Shown here one piece after another: positions 1 to 13,013 of a DNA stretch of 64,000 bases (position 1 is its first letter; each line of letters begins with the position of its first letter). The position numbers and the translations under genes are program-made. The notes below the pieces were generated by a model. That model saw only the letters and a program-made list of their open reading frames with translations. It did no database searches and was not told the DNA's origin. The stretch lies in assembly GCA_025201805.1 (NCBI GenBank), contig MU619240.1, forward strand, positions 419,750 through 483,749, written 5' to 3'. The stretch is from Parasitella parasitica NRRL 2501. Lineage: Eukaryota > Fungi > Mucoromycota.

Positions 1-3
1 CTA

Positions 4-1167
4 ATGTCCACAGTTACAGAAGCTATTGAGGCTGCTGCTGCAATTGCTCCAACCATACGAAGTAGACAGACCGCAGTACCAACAAATACATCAGATATGA
101 TTATCGATACGGCTTCTAGTGCATCAGAAGGAACAGCAGAATCAACAGCTAGTCCGTTTTCTCGAATGATTGCTCAAGTGATAAGTGAAGCAGTCGTTGC
201 ATCTTTTCGTAATGGCCAAATACCATCAGCTGTACCAGAAAGTTTGCAAACTAGTAATGTAAGACAACAATTAACTATGCATTTATCACCAGAGTTATTT
301 CGCCAACTGGAGCCTGAGAGTACCGAAGATTCATTTATGCGATTCATGAGATTACCGGTTATAGTCACCAGCGTATCAACAGCATCCACTGAAGAAAATG
401 ATGGTGATACTACTAGTAGCTTACCCAACAATAGAACCCCTGCAAATAATATAACTGGCAGTACAGCAACAACAACATTTCCAAGATCAGTAGCTAGTAC
501 AGCCGTAAATGCAGATGGTGAGGCACCTACACTAACGGAAGGCGAAAGCGAGATTACTCGTGTCATGATGTTAATGGTTTTTTTATATGGACCAAGATCT
601 GTCAACCAACAAGCCAATGCTGATAATAATAATCAATCGCCACTTGATGCTTTCAATAATACCAACGAAGCTCCACCGAGACAAGGTACAAGATCAAGTT
701 CGAGAATTAGAGAAAGACGACAAAGACAGCAAGAGGAACAGCAATCTCAGGAATCAACTCAAACCATACCGTCAACAACAGGAGGTCAATGGACAGTGTA
801 CATTTTAAGTGGCAATAGTATAGAGAATGTAATGAACGACAGTCCTTCCTACGAGGAACTACTTGATCTAGCTGCATTAATAGGGCCTGCCAGACGACCT
901 ACAGTCAGCCAAGAGGCAATTGACAATTACGTCCCAATTGTGAAATATACCCAACAAGTAAAACAAACTATCCTTGGAAATTCAGAAGGGTGTCAGGTTT
1001 GTTTGAATAACTACCAATCAGAGGACGATGTCCGTGTTCTTGCGTGTCACCATGGGTTTCACAAAGATTGTATTGATAAATGGTTAACTGAGGGTCAAAA
1101 TCAATGTCCACTCTGCCGCGGTGTACCAATCCCTATAGACGCAACACCACCAACCACAAATGATTAG
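4..1167 (+). CDS. RING-H2 E3 ubiquitin ligase (probably 5'-truncated by window edge)
   Basis: C-terminal C3H2C3 RING-H2 (CQVC...ACHHGFHKDCIDKWL...CPLC) preceded by the SYEELLDLAALIG motif typical of RNF38/RNF44-like ligases; frame is open from position 1. Confidence 0.88.
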   Translation: MSTVTEAIEAAAAIAPTIRSRQTAVPTNTSDMIIDTASSASEGTAESTASPFSRMIAQVISEAVVASFRNGQIPSAVPESLQTSNVRQQLTMHLSPELFRQLEPESTEDSFMRFMRLPVIVTSVSTASTEENDGDTTSSLPNNRTPANNITGSTATTTFPRSVASTAVNADGEAPTLTEGESEITRVMMLMVFLYGPRSVNQQANADNNNQSPLDAFNNTNEAPPRQGTRSSSRIRERRQRQQEEQQSQESTQTIPSTTGGQWTVYILSGNSIENVMNDSPSYEELLDLAALIGPARRPTVSQEAIDNYVPIVKYTQQVKQTILGNSEGCQVCLNNYQSEDDVRVLACHHGFHKDCIDKWLTEGQNQCPLCRGVPIPIDATPPTTND

Positions 1168-1328
1168 AGAAACAAAGAGAAAAGAAAAAAAGAAGTTGGC
1201 CTCTAAATTTTCTATTATAAATAGATGGAGGGGCCGCTTCCTTCTTTTTTGTCAAAAATAAAAAAATTTTAAAAATTCAGAATACCCTTTCTCCTCTCTC
1301 TGCTTTGCATAATTTCTCAACATCAAAA

Positions 1329-1817
1329 ATGCTACTAATCCAGCCACTCAAAATTGATGAAATAAACATTGTCATCAACGATTTGGATGAGGACGAAGCT
1401 GAACAGTCAAACCAGCAACCAACTCAATTCTCTGCGCAATTGCCGCCTCAGCCCCAAATTTCATTATCATTGCCACAACCATCACACAATACTTCATTAC
1501 CATCACCAATCGACTTTATCGATGATGATGAATTGCTAGCCATTCTAGGATTACCAGTTTCTGCCTCATCAAGCACCACTTCTACGACTGTCAACTCACC
1601 TGTCAATGAATTATCACTATTAGATTGGGAAGATATGCCCGAATTATCCGAAGGTGAAGAAGATTATCCTTCTGTCGAGCCACTTCAGCTTTCAACAAAC
1701 AAACGAAAGCTTGAGGAAGACATTTTTGCTCAGTATGATTTTGAAGAAACTAATCCATACACTAAAAAATTGTGTAAACAATCATTATCACAAAACCCCT
1801 GTATTCAACCTTGCTAA
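1329..1817 (+). CDS. Hypothetical acidic/Pro-Ser-rich protein with NLS-like KRKL motif
   Basis: Intronless ORF from ATG at 1329; TATAAATAG near 1217 and a pyrimidine tract upstream; no recognisable domain. Confidence 0.5.
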   Translation: MLLIQPLKIDEINIVINDLDEDEAEQSNQQPTQFSAQLPPQPQISLSLPQPSHNTSLPSPIDFIDDDELLAILGLPVSASSSTTSTTVNSPVNELSLLDWEDMPELSEGEEDYPSVEPLQLSTNKRKLEEDIFAQYDFEETNPYTKKLCKQSLSQNPCIQPC

Positions 1818-2501
1818 GAAAAAAAAAGAAAATGATTAGTATATTCCCCCCCCCCCCCCCCTAAGTTTTTTTTTTTTTTTTGTCAAATGTAAAGTAGTGT
1901 AAATAATAGATAGTATAAGTGTATCATTTCTACAACTAAAATAAATTAACTTTTTTCCCATTGTCCCATATATATTACATTATTATGTAATGTAGCCAAT
2001 GACTAATACTTCATATAGCTCTTGCAAGTTATAAAAACCTAGATGGACAAGTTTCTTTTTTGTTTCTTTTCCATTTAAAGTAACTTGGTCTAACCTACTT
2101 TTGGTAATAATTTTGACAGTTTATTCCCCGATTTGGTTAGATTGCGCCGATCTCTTTTTTCAGGGATCAGTTTTCATGTCCCTATTAATGTACCGAAATT
2201 GAATTTCCGTTAGAACCTATTACAAAAAAAAACTGTTACTCTCTCAAAATTTGAGCTTTGACTACGTAAATACAACCTTCAGCGAAGGGATTAAAATTTT
2301 TGAGGCCTCATTATACATTTGGAATTCCATATAAGTTTTTAATTCTATTTTTACAAAAATAGATGACCCATATAAACAAAGAAAAAGGTGACTCGGCATC
2401 TTGGAGAGTGAGAATAAAATTGCGTCGCCCTCCGTCTCCATCTCCTCGCATATCATATCACATAATATATAACATATCGTTTCAATATCAAACGTTAGCA
2501 A

Positions 2502-3503
2502 ATGTCGACTATTTATCAAGCAGCATACGAGGGGAAATTGTTTGTCGTTCAGCAAATGATTGAAAAAGACAAAACATTAATCAACTCCTTTGACGAAGTA
2601 TGTAAAAAGTAAAAAAATTAATTTCTGTATTATACAACTCTTTTTTTTTTTGGTTGTATGATATAGGATGGACGTAATGCTCTTCATTGGGCAGCTTCAG
2701 GAGGATATGCAGATATTGTGCAGTACTTGATTAAAATGGGAGCCATTGTAAACAGCCAAGATAAAGAGGTAAATAACTGACACGTAGGTAATCGTGCAGT
2801 TTTTAATTTATCCTTCAATATGGAATATTTATAAAGGCTCAATGGACACCATTGATGATTGCTGGTATGTAATATACAAATTTGAAAAGCACAAAAAGAA
2901 AACAGTGTTGGATGTTTCATACCACTCAAACTATAGCTTCTGCTGGACATTTGGAAGTTGCCAAATTATTATTGCAGAATAAAGCAGATCCAGTCTTAGA
3001 AAATGAGACAAAGCAAACTGCTTTGTAAGTCAAAGGTGCGAGATAAATTCGTATTCATTCTCACCTGCTGATGTTTAGACATTATGCTGCGTCCAAGAAT
3101 AGAACTGAGGTGAGTTTACACCTTCAAGCTTTACTTTCATTCCATTGCTAAATCATTGCTGACAGATTGCCGAATTGTTGATTGAATACCAGGCATCCGT
3201 AAATCACTTGAACAAATACAAACAAACGCCGTTGTAAGCATTCTAATTTATTACATGTGATTATGATAAAAATCAAACGTTTTCAACAGACATCAAGCTG
3301 CCTCTAAAGGCCACATCAAGATTATCCAGCTGTTATTAGCTACAAAAGCAAGGGTCAACCCTAAAGACTCTCAAGGTAACACACCTTTGCACTATGCATG
3401 TGAAGAAGGACAACGTGATTGCGCTCTACTCTTGATCGAAAATAATGGTAACTTGGATGCGCTTAATACAGACGGAAAATCACCTACTAGTTTTTTGCAT
3501 TAA
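2502..3503 (+). CDS. NAS6: Ankyrin-repeat 26S proteasome assembly chaperone (Nas6/PSMD10/gankyrin), multi-exon
   Basis: Manual splicing gives MSTIYQAAYEGK...DGRNALHWAASGG...WTPLMIAASAGH...TALHYAASKN...TPLHQAASKGH...GNTPLHYACEEG, with 6 short GT-AG introns; missed by the ORF track. Confidence 0.85.
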
Positions 3504-3576
3504 TTTTGCGGACCTTTTTTTTTGTTTTTTTACTTGAAATTAAAACGAGATGTCTACTTTTAACATGAGAGATGAA

Positions 3577-4780
3577 TACGTGTATCATTTCAAAGTGATG
3601 GACAAGACTCCTAAATCTGAATCTATGGAAATTGGGACTGTTCAGAATGATTCATACGACACAGCCGGTGTGGAACGGTATTATCGGGGTTAACAGAACT
3701 CGACATGAAGGCTTCCGCCAAGATATTTTCATGAGAGATGAAGCATCAGATACATGTACTAAAGAATCGAAGATACCAAATCAAAACCATCGTCTGTAAA
3801 AAAATCTAATATAAAAACTCGATCAGCAAATAGTATTTCTGCCGAAAACAAAAAAAAAGCTGGAATTGTTAGAAGAACAGCTCAACATTATGTGAAGCTC
3901 TTTAGAGATGATGAAGAGAAGCGTTTGCCTAGCTCAAGAAAACTTTGTACACAAAACTTGAACTGCGATATCCCAACTTTCTCTGTGACCTTTACGAAGA
4001 AAAACCGAAATCTGTTTTTTGGGAAGCAAGTGATTCATTACTCCAAGTATATCCTGAAATTAAACCAATTTCTCTTTCTGATCTTTACAAATATCTGATC
4101 CAGCAGGCATCATTGACACTTAAAAAGCTAGAACATACAGTAATTGCGGGAGCTGCTCTTAATAATCTAACGCCACGCAGAGAAAGAGTTTTTAAATAAA
4201 AATATGATACAAATATGAGTTGGAACAATAACTGTGTTTTTATTGATGACATACACATCCGTAAACACTTTGGCAGATCAAAGTTAGGAATACCTACCAA
4301 GACATTACTTCTTCAAACAGAGGTATCACTATGGCTATTATTGGCGCTATTTGTGAAGAAGGGGTAATTGATTTAATTTTGCGGAAAATTAAGGCAGTTC
4401 ACAAAAAAGCTATCTGTTCCAAAAAGAGATACTGAAGCTGAAGTCGTTCAGGTAAATGCTAGAGTTGGTACGCATAGGGAGCATTTCCTTGAATTTTTTA
4501 GTAGCATTATGGATATGTCGGATCAAGATGGGATGGAGGTTACCTGGTTATGGATAATGCAGCCATTTATAAAGTGGACGAATTTTAAAAATTGTGGCTA
4601 TAAAACTACACATTTGCCCTCCTATTCACCATTTTTAAATTTATAGAGTTGGTCTGGTCAAAAAATCAAATTAAATACTATGAATAGTGATTGTTTAAGA
4701 CATTTTTATTCATTTTTGGTAGATGTTTGGCTCTCGAGCCAATTCTTTCGTTTTATGAAAAAGTACATTGATACAATATA
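3577..4780 (+). mobile_element. Decayed Tc1/mariner (IS630-Tc1) DNA transposon with transposase pseudogene
   Basis: Frameshifted segments read KAGIVRRTAQHYVK (HTH), NCVFIDD, IIGAICEEG, YLVMDNAAIY, LPSYSPFLN-IELVWSKIK (DDE triad motifs); left end TA|CGTGTATCATTTC at 3577, weak right-end match TGATACA near 4769. Confidence 0.85.
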
Positions 4781-7761
4781 TATCCTCTGCGCATAACACA
4801 GAAAACACCAAATTTCATACAAAAAATGTATAAAAGCACATATACTTTTGCATAAAGAACAAACCAAACCATGATTTATCCTCATCTGACGACGCCATAT
4901 ATATATACTTTATTTTTATTAGGTGATACATATCAAAACTTTTCTGAAAAAAAAATTTTCTAATTCTTTTTCGTGACAAAATATGCTTATAGAGTACTAC
5001 TTTTACCAAATACTCTGTAATAATAGTGTATCATGTCTGGCTATATTACTAATGTTTTGAGAGATACATTCTTCTCTCGATTTTTTGTACATGAACACTT
5101 TCAGTAGTCCATACTAATGAGAACAGCTTGTTCCTTACTGTTTTTTGCAGTATTGTCTTTGAACTAAAGTAAAAATTAGATGCTTCTTAATCAAAACTTC
5201 ATTTTTTTGAGGGAAGATTGTCCCCTAGACACCCTACTATCGGCCCTAATAAAGATATACTCTTCAGGTTTCCCTCAATTTCTACTCGTTGATAATTGAT
5301 AGTGTTGTCCTGAAGAACCGTAATGTTGTGTACAAAGGATATAAGAAAATAATTTGGTAAAAAATATACAATTTAACATATATAAAATAGAGCTTTACAA
5401 GAACACGGCAAAATAAACACAATCCAGCGAGTAATAGAGTGTATAAATGCTTTGTTTGGTTTTGTAATTCCCATTCAAGTTTCCAATTTTTGAGAAGTCG
5501 GCGTTAAATCAAGTATATCTCATTTTCAATAACTGATTAAAAATATATAGAAGCTTTAGAAAACTGTGAAAAAAAATATGTGCGTATGCAACAAAGCGTG
5601 AAATAAATGGTCATGTATTTTGATTTGAAATAAGAGCTCTTTCAATAGAGTAAATCATGTTGAAAGTCGGGCGAAATAGCTTGAATCAACCAAATTAGGA
5701 GATTCGAAATCCAAAAAAGGCGATTTTTTAAGCTGTACACTCCGTTCTAATTAATTAATAATATGTTGAAAGTAAAATCAGACAAAAAGACCAATAACTT
5801 TTTTGATAAGAGCATGTCATTCTTTTTACACTACATTATTTCTAATTATAATGATTAAACATTGAACTTTGTAGTATATATATAATTTACTTATTTGTTG
5901 TACATCAGTAGCTTATTTATTCGATTGTATACGGTACAAAAAATTACCAATCAAGTAATTGCTTAATCTTGAGCCTCATCTCCCAATTGGGCGGAGAAGA
6001 TCTAATAAAAGCGTTTTAAACTGTGAATCATTTTAAAAGTGTGCGATTTCAAGATAACCTACAAAAAGAAACAACTTCGTATGAATTTCAGATAGAAGTA
6101 GAATAAAAAGTGTATAGTTAGTTGAGACGATGAATCAAATGCTAAAACTCTTACATCAAGTGTTTTAACGCTCCTAGAATATCATATGCATAATAAGTAT
6201 CTGATAAAACATGTAACATAGTCTGTCTCATCAATCTGTTCTGAAAGTCAATTTAAAATATGTGAAATTATATTGTACAAAGCCCCTCCCTTCTTTTTCT
6301 GGTATAGAAAGTTGATCATTTACCGTTTTTATACCAAACTTTGTACCAATTTAAACTCTTTCTATACAACTATTCTTTGTTATGATGAATACATGTTTGA
6401 TATTGTTTACAAAACTTGCGAACAATGAAAATGACCTGATTTCCAATACCTGCATATACAAACATGCAGAATATCTGAGAAGCATGTTACAATGCAAGAT
6501 ATTGAGTATAACGTAGGGTTACAATACTAAACATAAGAAATGTGAATTGATTTACATTAAAACGTTTAAATTTTGAATAATTACTACAAAAAAATCTGTA
6601 TAAGATATAAAAACGAGGGATCATTCACATAAAGTGAAATATAGGATATTACTACAATCCGGATCCAGACTGAACATGTGTACACCTGCATGCACAAAGA
6701 AAAACTGTTTGTTTATATACACATTTGTGTTATGTGTACATTCTGCCTTTATAAATGATAACTATTTGCCACTCATTTTCATTTTCTGTTTCCGTGGGAT
6801 AAACAGTAAACTTATTATCAGTACTTAAGGATACAGAAAGCAAGCATTTCTTTTGATTTTTTCTTTTCGTATATCAATATTTCTTTGGCAAAAGAAATGA
6901 AAAACCTTATATCACATAAACTTTTTCATAAGAAAAGATTAATCGATTAGCACATTACAATTTATTTTATGTGCACTATGGCAAAATTCAAACTTGGCGA
7001 CGATCCCCGAGATTTGAAGCTGCTTTTCCGATTGACGATCTTTTTGTGATATAAATGTACTAAGCATAACACAGAAAATAAAACAATTTATAAATGGTGA
7101 TACAGAAGAAACTTTATATACAAGATAAGGTTTGCGAAAAAAAATATTAAAAACTGGACTCATTATCTGGTATTCTTTGAATGTAAATAGATAATGAGAA
7201 GACCTCTTCGGGTTAATATATTCACGATATACCCAAAATACAGAAAAACAAGAGGGACAAAATGTGTTTTTATCTATTTGTGTGTATTTGTGGCTGAACC
7301 GAGGGAGAGTGTCCATTATCTCTACCTTGCTCCCCTTCCCCCTCTCTCACTTCTCCCCCATTTTTCTGCAAAAAAAGAATAAAACCTCGATCAATGAATA
7401 CTCTCTCTCTCTATTTTTTTTGCCCCTTTTTATATCTTTATGTTGTAAATGTGTACGTTATTTGTCCTCTCCTGAAGGAATTTGGATATTAATAAGTAAC
7501 AAAGTGAATGATGATTGGATGAAATCTACATCATCGTCGTCATTTTACTACAAATCGAAGAGTTGGGCCCAAGGTGACCCGCATTTACATTTGTGAAACT
7601 CTCTCTACGTCATGGACAACTCCGATTATTATTATATCAAGTATTTCCTGGTTTGGCCCCTTAAAAAATACATAAATAAGAAAAATTTTATAATTGAACA
7701 AAGCAGATTTGCTCTTCCTTTTTCTTTCTTCCCATCCAATTCACAAAATAAAACAAATACA

Positions 7762-8820
7762 ATGGCACAACCCACCACAGCAACATCTTCTACTACATTT
7801 AATCACTACACAGATCAAGCATCTCTGTTGGAAAGAAGACAACAAAATGCCCCATTTCTGCAGCAATTGGAGTTGCCATCGTTACCACCCTTATCACAAT
7901 TATTGACATCTGATACTGGTTCAAATAAAGATCAGCCAATGCCAAACACACAAGCAGCAACAGAAGCAGCCATTGCAGCAGCTACCGCAGTGACAGCATC
8001 CATGATCACATCTACAACCCAACCCATCATTCAAGAAACATTTTTACCCAGCCATTCTCAAAAGAATACAAACACTAATTTACTGTATGGCTTTCATCAA
8101 CAAACTGCAACATCGACATCTCCTATCTTGACATCTAATGCGCTTTTAAACGATTCGGTGGCTATATTCCCTACTACAACAGACACTACATTAGATCAGT
8201 CATTAATGGCCAGTAATCATCACTTTTTGGATTCACAACAACAAATGTTCAATGCAGCAGCAGCAGTAGCAGCAGCTACCGCGGGCCTGACCGATCCACA
8301 TGCAGTGAATCCAACCATGGGTATGCCACCTTCTTTTATGGAGAGACAAAGACAATCGTCAGTATCATCCACATCATCTGATAAAGTATATTCATTTGTA
8401 GCTATTCCTGGTACCAACCAAAGAAAGAGACCACGCAGACGATATGACGAAATTGAAAGACTTTATCACTGTAATTGGCCCGGATGTACAAAGGCCTATG
8501 GTACTTTGAACCATTTAAATGCACATGTGAGCATGCAACAACATGTAAGTCTTTTTTTCTTCTGTAAAATGTATAGCAATACCTAACATTTCCTTGATTT
8601 TCAGGGACCTAAACGTCATCCTACTGAATTCAAAGAAATGCGTAAAGAATGGAGACGTCAAAAGAAAGAAAGAGATGCAGCAAAGAAATCAGCCGAACAA
8701 GCTTATCGTAACCAGCAAGAATCAATGATGCAGCAACAGCAACAACAGCATCAAACAATCCCTTTTGCTTTCCAACAGTCTTTCATCCCGAACAATATGG
8801 CTCTTGGTAATTTCTATTAA
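7762..8820 (+). CDS. Con7-like C2H2 zinc-finger transcription factor
   Basis: RKRPRRRYDEIERLYHCNWPGCTKAYGTLNHLNAHVSMQQH|GPKRHPTEFKEMRKEW across intron 8545-8604, the Con7 family signature; in-frame upstream ATG at 7612 is an alternative start. Confidence 0.85.
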
Positions 8821-9562
8821 AAAAATGAAAAACTGGTTTTTTTTCTATGTATACAACATCCACTTTCTGTACATTTTCTTGCGTTTCAAAGCAAGGAGAA
8901 ATCTATAAAAAAGAAGGGAGTCTTTTCGGCAAAACAAACATTGCAAACACAAAGAACTCACTTTTCCCCTCGACCCCCCCCCCTATATCTATTACTTGTA
9001 TATTTCCTTCAAAATCACGCTTCTTTTTTTTATTGTTGACTCTCCTTGAATATCATGAAAAACAAAATAAAAATACAATATTTGCACCATGATTCAAGTA
9101 CATTTTCTCACAAACATCTTGTATTACTTGAACACAAGCTGAAAGTTCTACCAAAAGAAGGATCAGTGGTATCAGTTTTTCTGAAAAAGACAAGATGACG
9201 TTTTTTATTAATGTTGTACACTTTTACTCCCTCCAGATGAAACTATTTGTATTTTACTTCTGTGCAGCATTTAAAATAAAAGATCTGAGTTACTCCGTTG
9301 GGCATATATCAATATTGGTTTTTATAAGTTGTAGATACACAGTTCAGGGCAAAAGAAATTGGACAGTTACGTAGCATCAGAAAGCTTAGGTTACAACTTT
9401 AGTTATTTGTAAAAACACCATTATTTTATTGTATAAGATAAGACGAGCTGGTTGCCCCGCCCACTCTGGTGATTTTTGCACCTTCATGGGGTTCATCTCG
9501 CTCCGCGAGGATGCGAGTCTCCAAAATAAATGAAATTTTATTGTTTTCAAGTGTATATGTTG

Positions 9563-9782
9563 CATCCATAGAACTCCATACTTACCACTCAATTGTCACG
9601 GCAGCAGTTCCTGATCGAATCCAAGATTAAATATTACCGATTATTCTGTAAAAAAAAGGCAATCATAGAATATCTTGCACATAAGTTTTTTGTATCCATA
9701 GAATAACCACCGTTACCATAATGTTTCAATTTAGTTGTCATGGCAACCGTCCCTGATCGGATCTAAGGTTAAATGTCACCGG
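9563..9782. repeat. Degenerate tandem duplication (about 130-140-bp period)
   Basis: atccatagaa...ttacca...ttgtcacggcagcagttcctgatcgaatccaagattaaatattaccg recurs as atccatagaa...ttacca...ttgtcatggcaaccgtccctgatcggatctaaggttaaatgtcaccg. Confidence 0.7.
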
Positions 9783-10204
9783 CAAATATATATTAAATAG
9801 AAATGTATTGCATAGGAAACCTCTTCAACAATGCATTTAAGCTGCCTCTACTGCATTGACAAGCAAAGTGTGCTAAAATTTAAATCCAACAAAAAAAAAA
9901 GAATACTCTTACTTAGAATGAGCAATGTTCGGTAACATTATACGACTTTAGGTATTTTTACAACATGACACTTGTCTTTAAGACGTAGAATCATGGTTCA
10001 TCATGAGAGCGAGTGAACCAATTACCAAGAGCAAATTAAAATCACCAGCGTCTACACAATAAGCAAACAAATATATAGACCTTTTTTATTTATGAGAAAC
10101 AGAATAAAGAAAGGGTAATAAGAAAAGAAATAGAGAGAAAAACAAGGGAAAAGAACAAATAAAATGTACAAAAAAGAGTGCGATTTTCTTCTTGTATCTT
10201 AAGT

Positions 10205-11169
10205 TTATACGAGTAAAACAGCATTGATGCAACCATCGTTTTCTAAAGTCCAATTAGTTCAGAATAAAAACCCTGTGCACATCAAATGAAAAGCTTACCT
10301 GGATTATTAGTTACTTGAGCATATTTGCCCCAAACGACTTTACCACCTGTTGTAACCAAACCCAATTCGGAGACATTGACTTCGAGTACAGTACCCTTAG
10401 TAATGACACCAAGTTGAGTATAAAGAGGTGATTGAGGATTCTTTTTTACACCAATGATAGGTAAACAAAAGGTTGCTTTCAATTCTGGATGAGTGACATG
10501 TGCCTTCTTATAACGCAGACCCATAGGACGGACAAAACGTTCATACTTTGGTGGTTTACGAGTAAACCCTTCGCCCACAAAGGTAGCCTTTGTAACCAAA
10601 CGCTTCCATTGTTTTGTCTTATGCTTACCAGTCTTTACAACTTTGAACATCTCGTCTTCTGCCATACCACGAACAGTAGGCAGAGGAACCGACCATTTGC
10701 CAGCTTTTTCCTTACGCTTTTGTTTGACCATATTACTTAAAATCTTTGCACGATCTTCACCTTCACGATCCAGAAGATAAGTAGGCACAGCACCCTCAGG
10801 GATGGCATCGGCTGACTTTTGCTTGGCATTCTTTTCCTCATGTTGTTTGATGGTTTTCTTCATTTGAATCTTCTCCGCATGGCGCTTCTTATTCAACATC
10901 TTGGCTTTAAGGCCATGCACCTTCTGAGCATATTGTGAAGCCTTGTGAACCTGACGAGCCTCTCTCTTACGTCTAAAAATAATTTTTTACATCAATTTTC
11001 GAAATTTCAAAAATTGCGATCGAATTACTTACTTTCTCTCCTCATAATCGAGACGACGACCATGTCGTTTAATATGCTCTTCAATATGCTCGTTTTGAGG
11101 CTAATTAGAAGAAAATTAACAGTTATTATTGTATGTTTTTCACAAAATTTGCTTTTTATTTAGTACCAT
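10205..11169 (-). CDS. NSA2: Ribosome biogenesis protein Nsa2
   Basis: M|[20 protein letters not shown]...[15 protein letters not shown]...[12 protein letters not shown]; first coding exon is the ATG only; 3 introns. Confidence 0.97.
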
Positions 11170-11273
11170 ATTGCTATATGTGTAGATAAGGAAAGAGAGG
11201 AACTCTGATTTGTAAAAATTTGCATGGTATCGTAAAAAATTAGTTGAAACCGGTCACTGTACATCACCAATCA

Positions 11274-12884
11274 TTATAGAAACATATCCTCTGAGCTCTC
11301 GCTCAAGATCGCTCCTTCCAGTCTGATTTCGACGCCTGATGCTCTATTGTTTGTTCCTTCTTTAGGAAAAGTAGCTCCCTTCAGATAGGTGAATGTAAAG
11401 TCAACTTGATGATCAAAGTCAAAGCCGAATCTGGAATTTTGGAATATACAATTTTCTAAATAACTATCCTTGAAGCATGATTTGGGATCGATGTGATAGT
11501 CTGAGAAATCAAGATTAGAGAGGTTTTTCTCTTGCAGTTGAAATATAGTAGGCCTGTATACGACAATTTCGTTTGGGTTTCTTGGTGGAAGTGGATATAA
11601 CTGGTGTAACTCCTCTGAATAGATAATGTCAGTTTATTATTTAGGTGTATTTGATTAAGCGTTACCTTGTGTAATGACAGGCAAGTTGCTCCATCTTAAT
11701 TTAAGTAAATCTAAATGTGCAAATAATGAATATATCTTTATAGATACTTGAAAAATTACTGCAAATACCATTCAATCCGTAGAATCTTGCTTCTTGCATC
11801 AACTCATCCATACTGTATAAAGCACATTAGATGTTTATTCTGCTTAAAATATGGGGTATACCTTACATTTTAGGATCCTGTGTAACGCCCGCAGGTATCT
11901 AACGCAAAATTAACTACTGTCGTTTATATAAGTAATTGTCTGCATACCCTTAAATCACGTAAATAGTTGAGCACTAAGCGGAAGTAGGTACCATCTCTAT
12001 CGATGAAGTATGAATTATCTGCGTCTGGCTGAATAGCGCTGTCGCCTAGATAATCTAATCAGTAATGCGTTTATAATGTTGCAGTAAGGGTTTATTACTG
12101 GAAAACATGGATGCCAGCATAGAGTCGGGATCTTTTCGCAGTGTTGTCAAGGATGTTTCGAATAACTGGCCACCTACATTCAGTTTGATCTATTACTGTC
12201 TCGTGAGAAAGACATGTCAAATGATGTAGATATCTTGTAGTCTTACCTTTTCGTCTTGAAATCTCTTGATTTCTATCAGTTTATAGCGGTTAATAATGCT
12301 GATTTTCGAACTTGATAATTCTGCATGTACCTTTTATTATACTCTGCTCTTTCTGGAATTGTTGTTTTTCAACAATCATATGCTGCTGGTGATCCATTAT
12401 ATTCATGGATAGCTCATGGTAAGAGTTCTCGATTTTAGAGTGTAACTCAATATTGGCTTTGTCGAAATGTTCCTCTATTTCCTCAAGCGCTATCAGTTGA
12501 TCTTTCAGATGTTGGCTCAAAGCTAAAGAAGAGAATAGTCATCAGTGATTGTACAGGTACACATAACATGCATAGCGCACCTTCTTTTTCGAGCCTATAA
12601 CTTGCTACCAATTCATGCCAGGTGGCAGAAAAGCTCTTTGGACGCTGTTGTGAGGTTAGAGCGTATGTTCCGTCCGTTACTTCCTCATGCTCTTCTTTAT
12701 CTTCTTCTTTTTCATCTGGCTTGATCGTCTCTAAAGAACGGCTGTTCAACAGTTGCTTCATGTTATGCTTTTGCTGTTTTTCAACAGTTAGACATGTCAC
12801 TCCCATTTCATCCTCATTGGAAGACTGCGAAGTAGCAGCCAGATGTTCGAAAAAGGCAATAGGGTCCATATTGTTTTCGAACAT
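11274..12884 (-). CDS. BTB/POZ (KCTD/T1-type) protein with C-terminal pentapeptide-like repeats (KCTD9/FIP2-like)
   Basis: Spliced IKLNVGGQLFETSLTTLRKDPDSMLASMFS...YFIDRDGTYFRLVLNYLRD...EARFYGL; C-terminal NLSNLDFS...YLENCIFQNSRF...YLKGATF. Confidence 0.8.
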
Positions 12885-13013
12885 GGTTGATTTTGTAAAT
12901 ATATCAAAAAGAAAAAAAAAGCATACGAAAAAATCAAAACAAGTTCTTCATAAATATAGATAGAAGGCATGTGTTACCCTGTTTTAGTAATACAAAAGGT
13001 CATGCTTAATTGT

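Noticed and set aside
5430-5755. Possible MITE (AGAGTGTATA...TGTACACTCC inverted ends)
   Set aside because: Inverted match is short and degenerate; no TSD could be defined.
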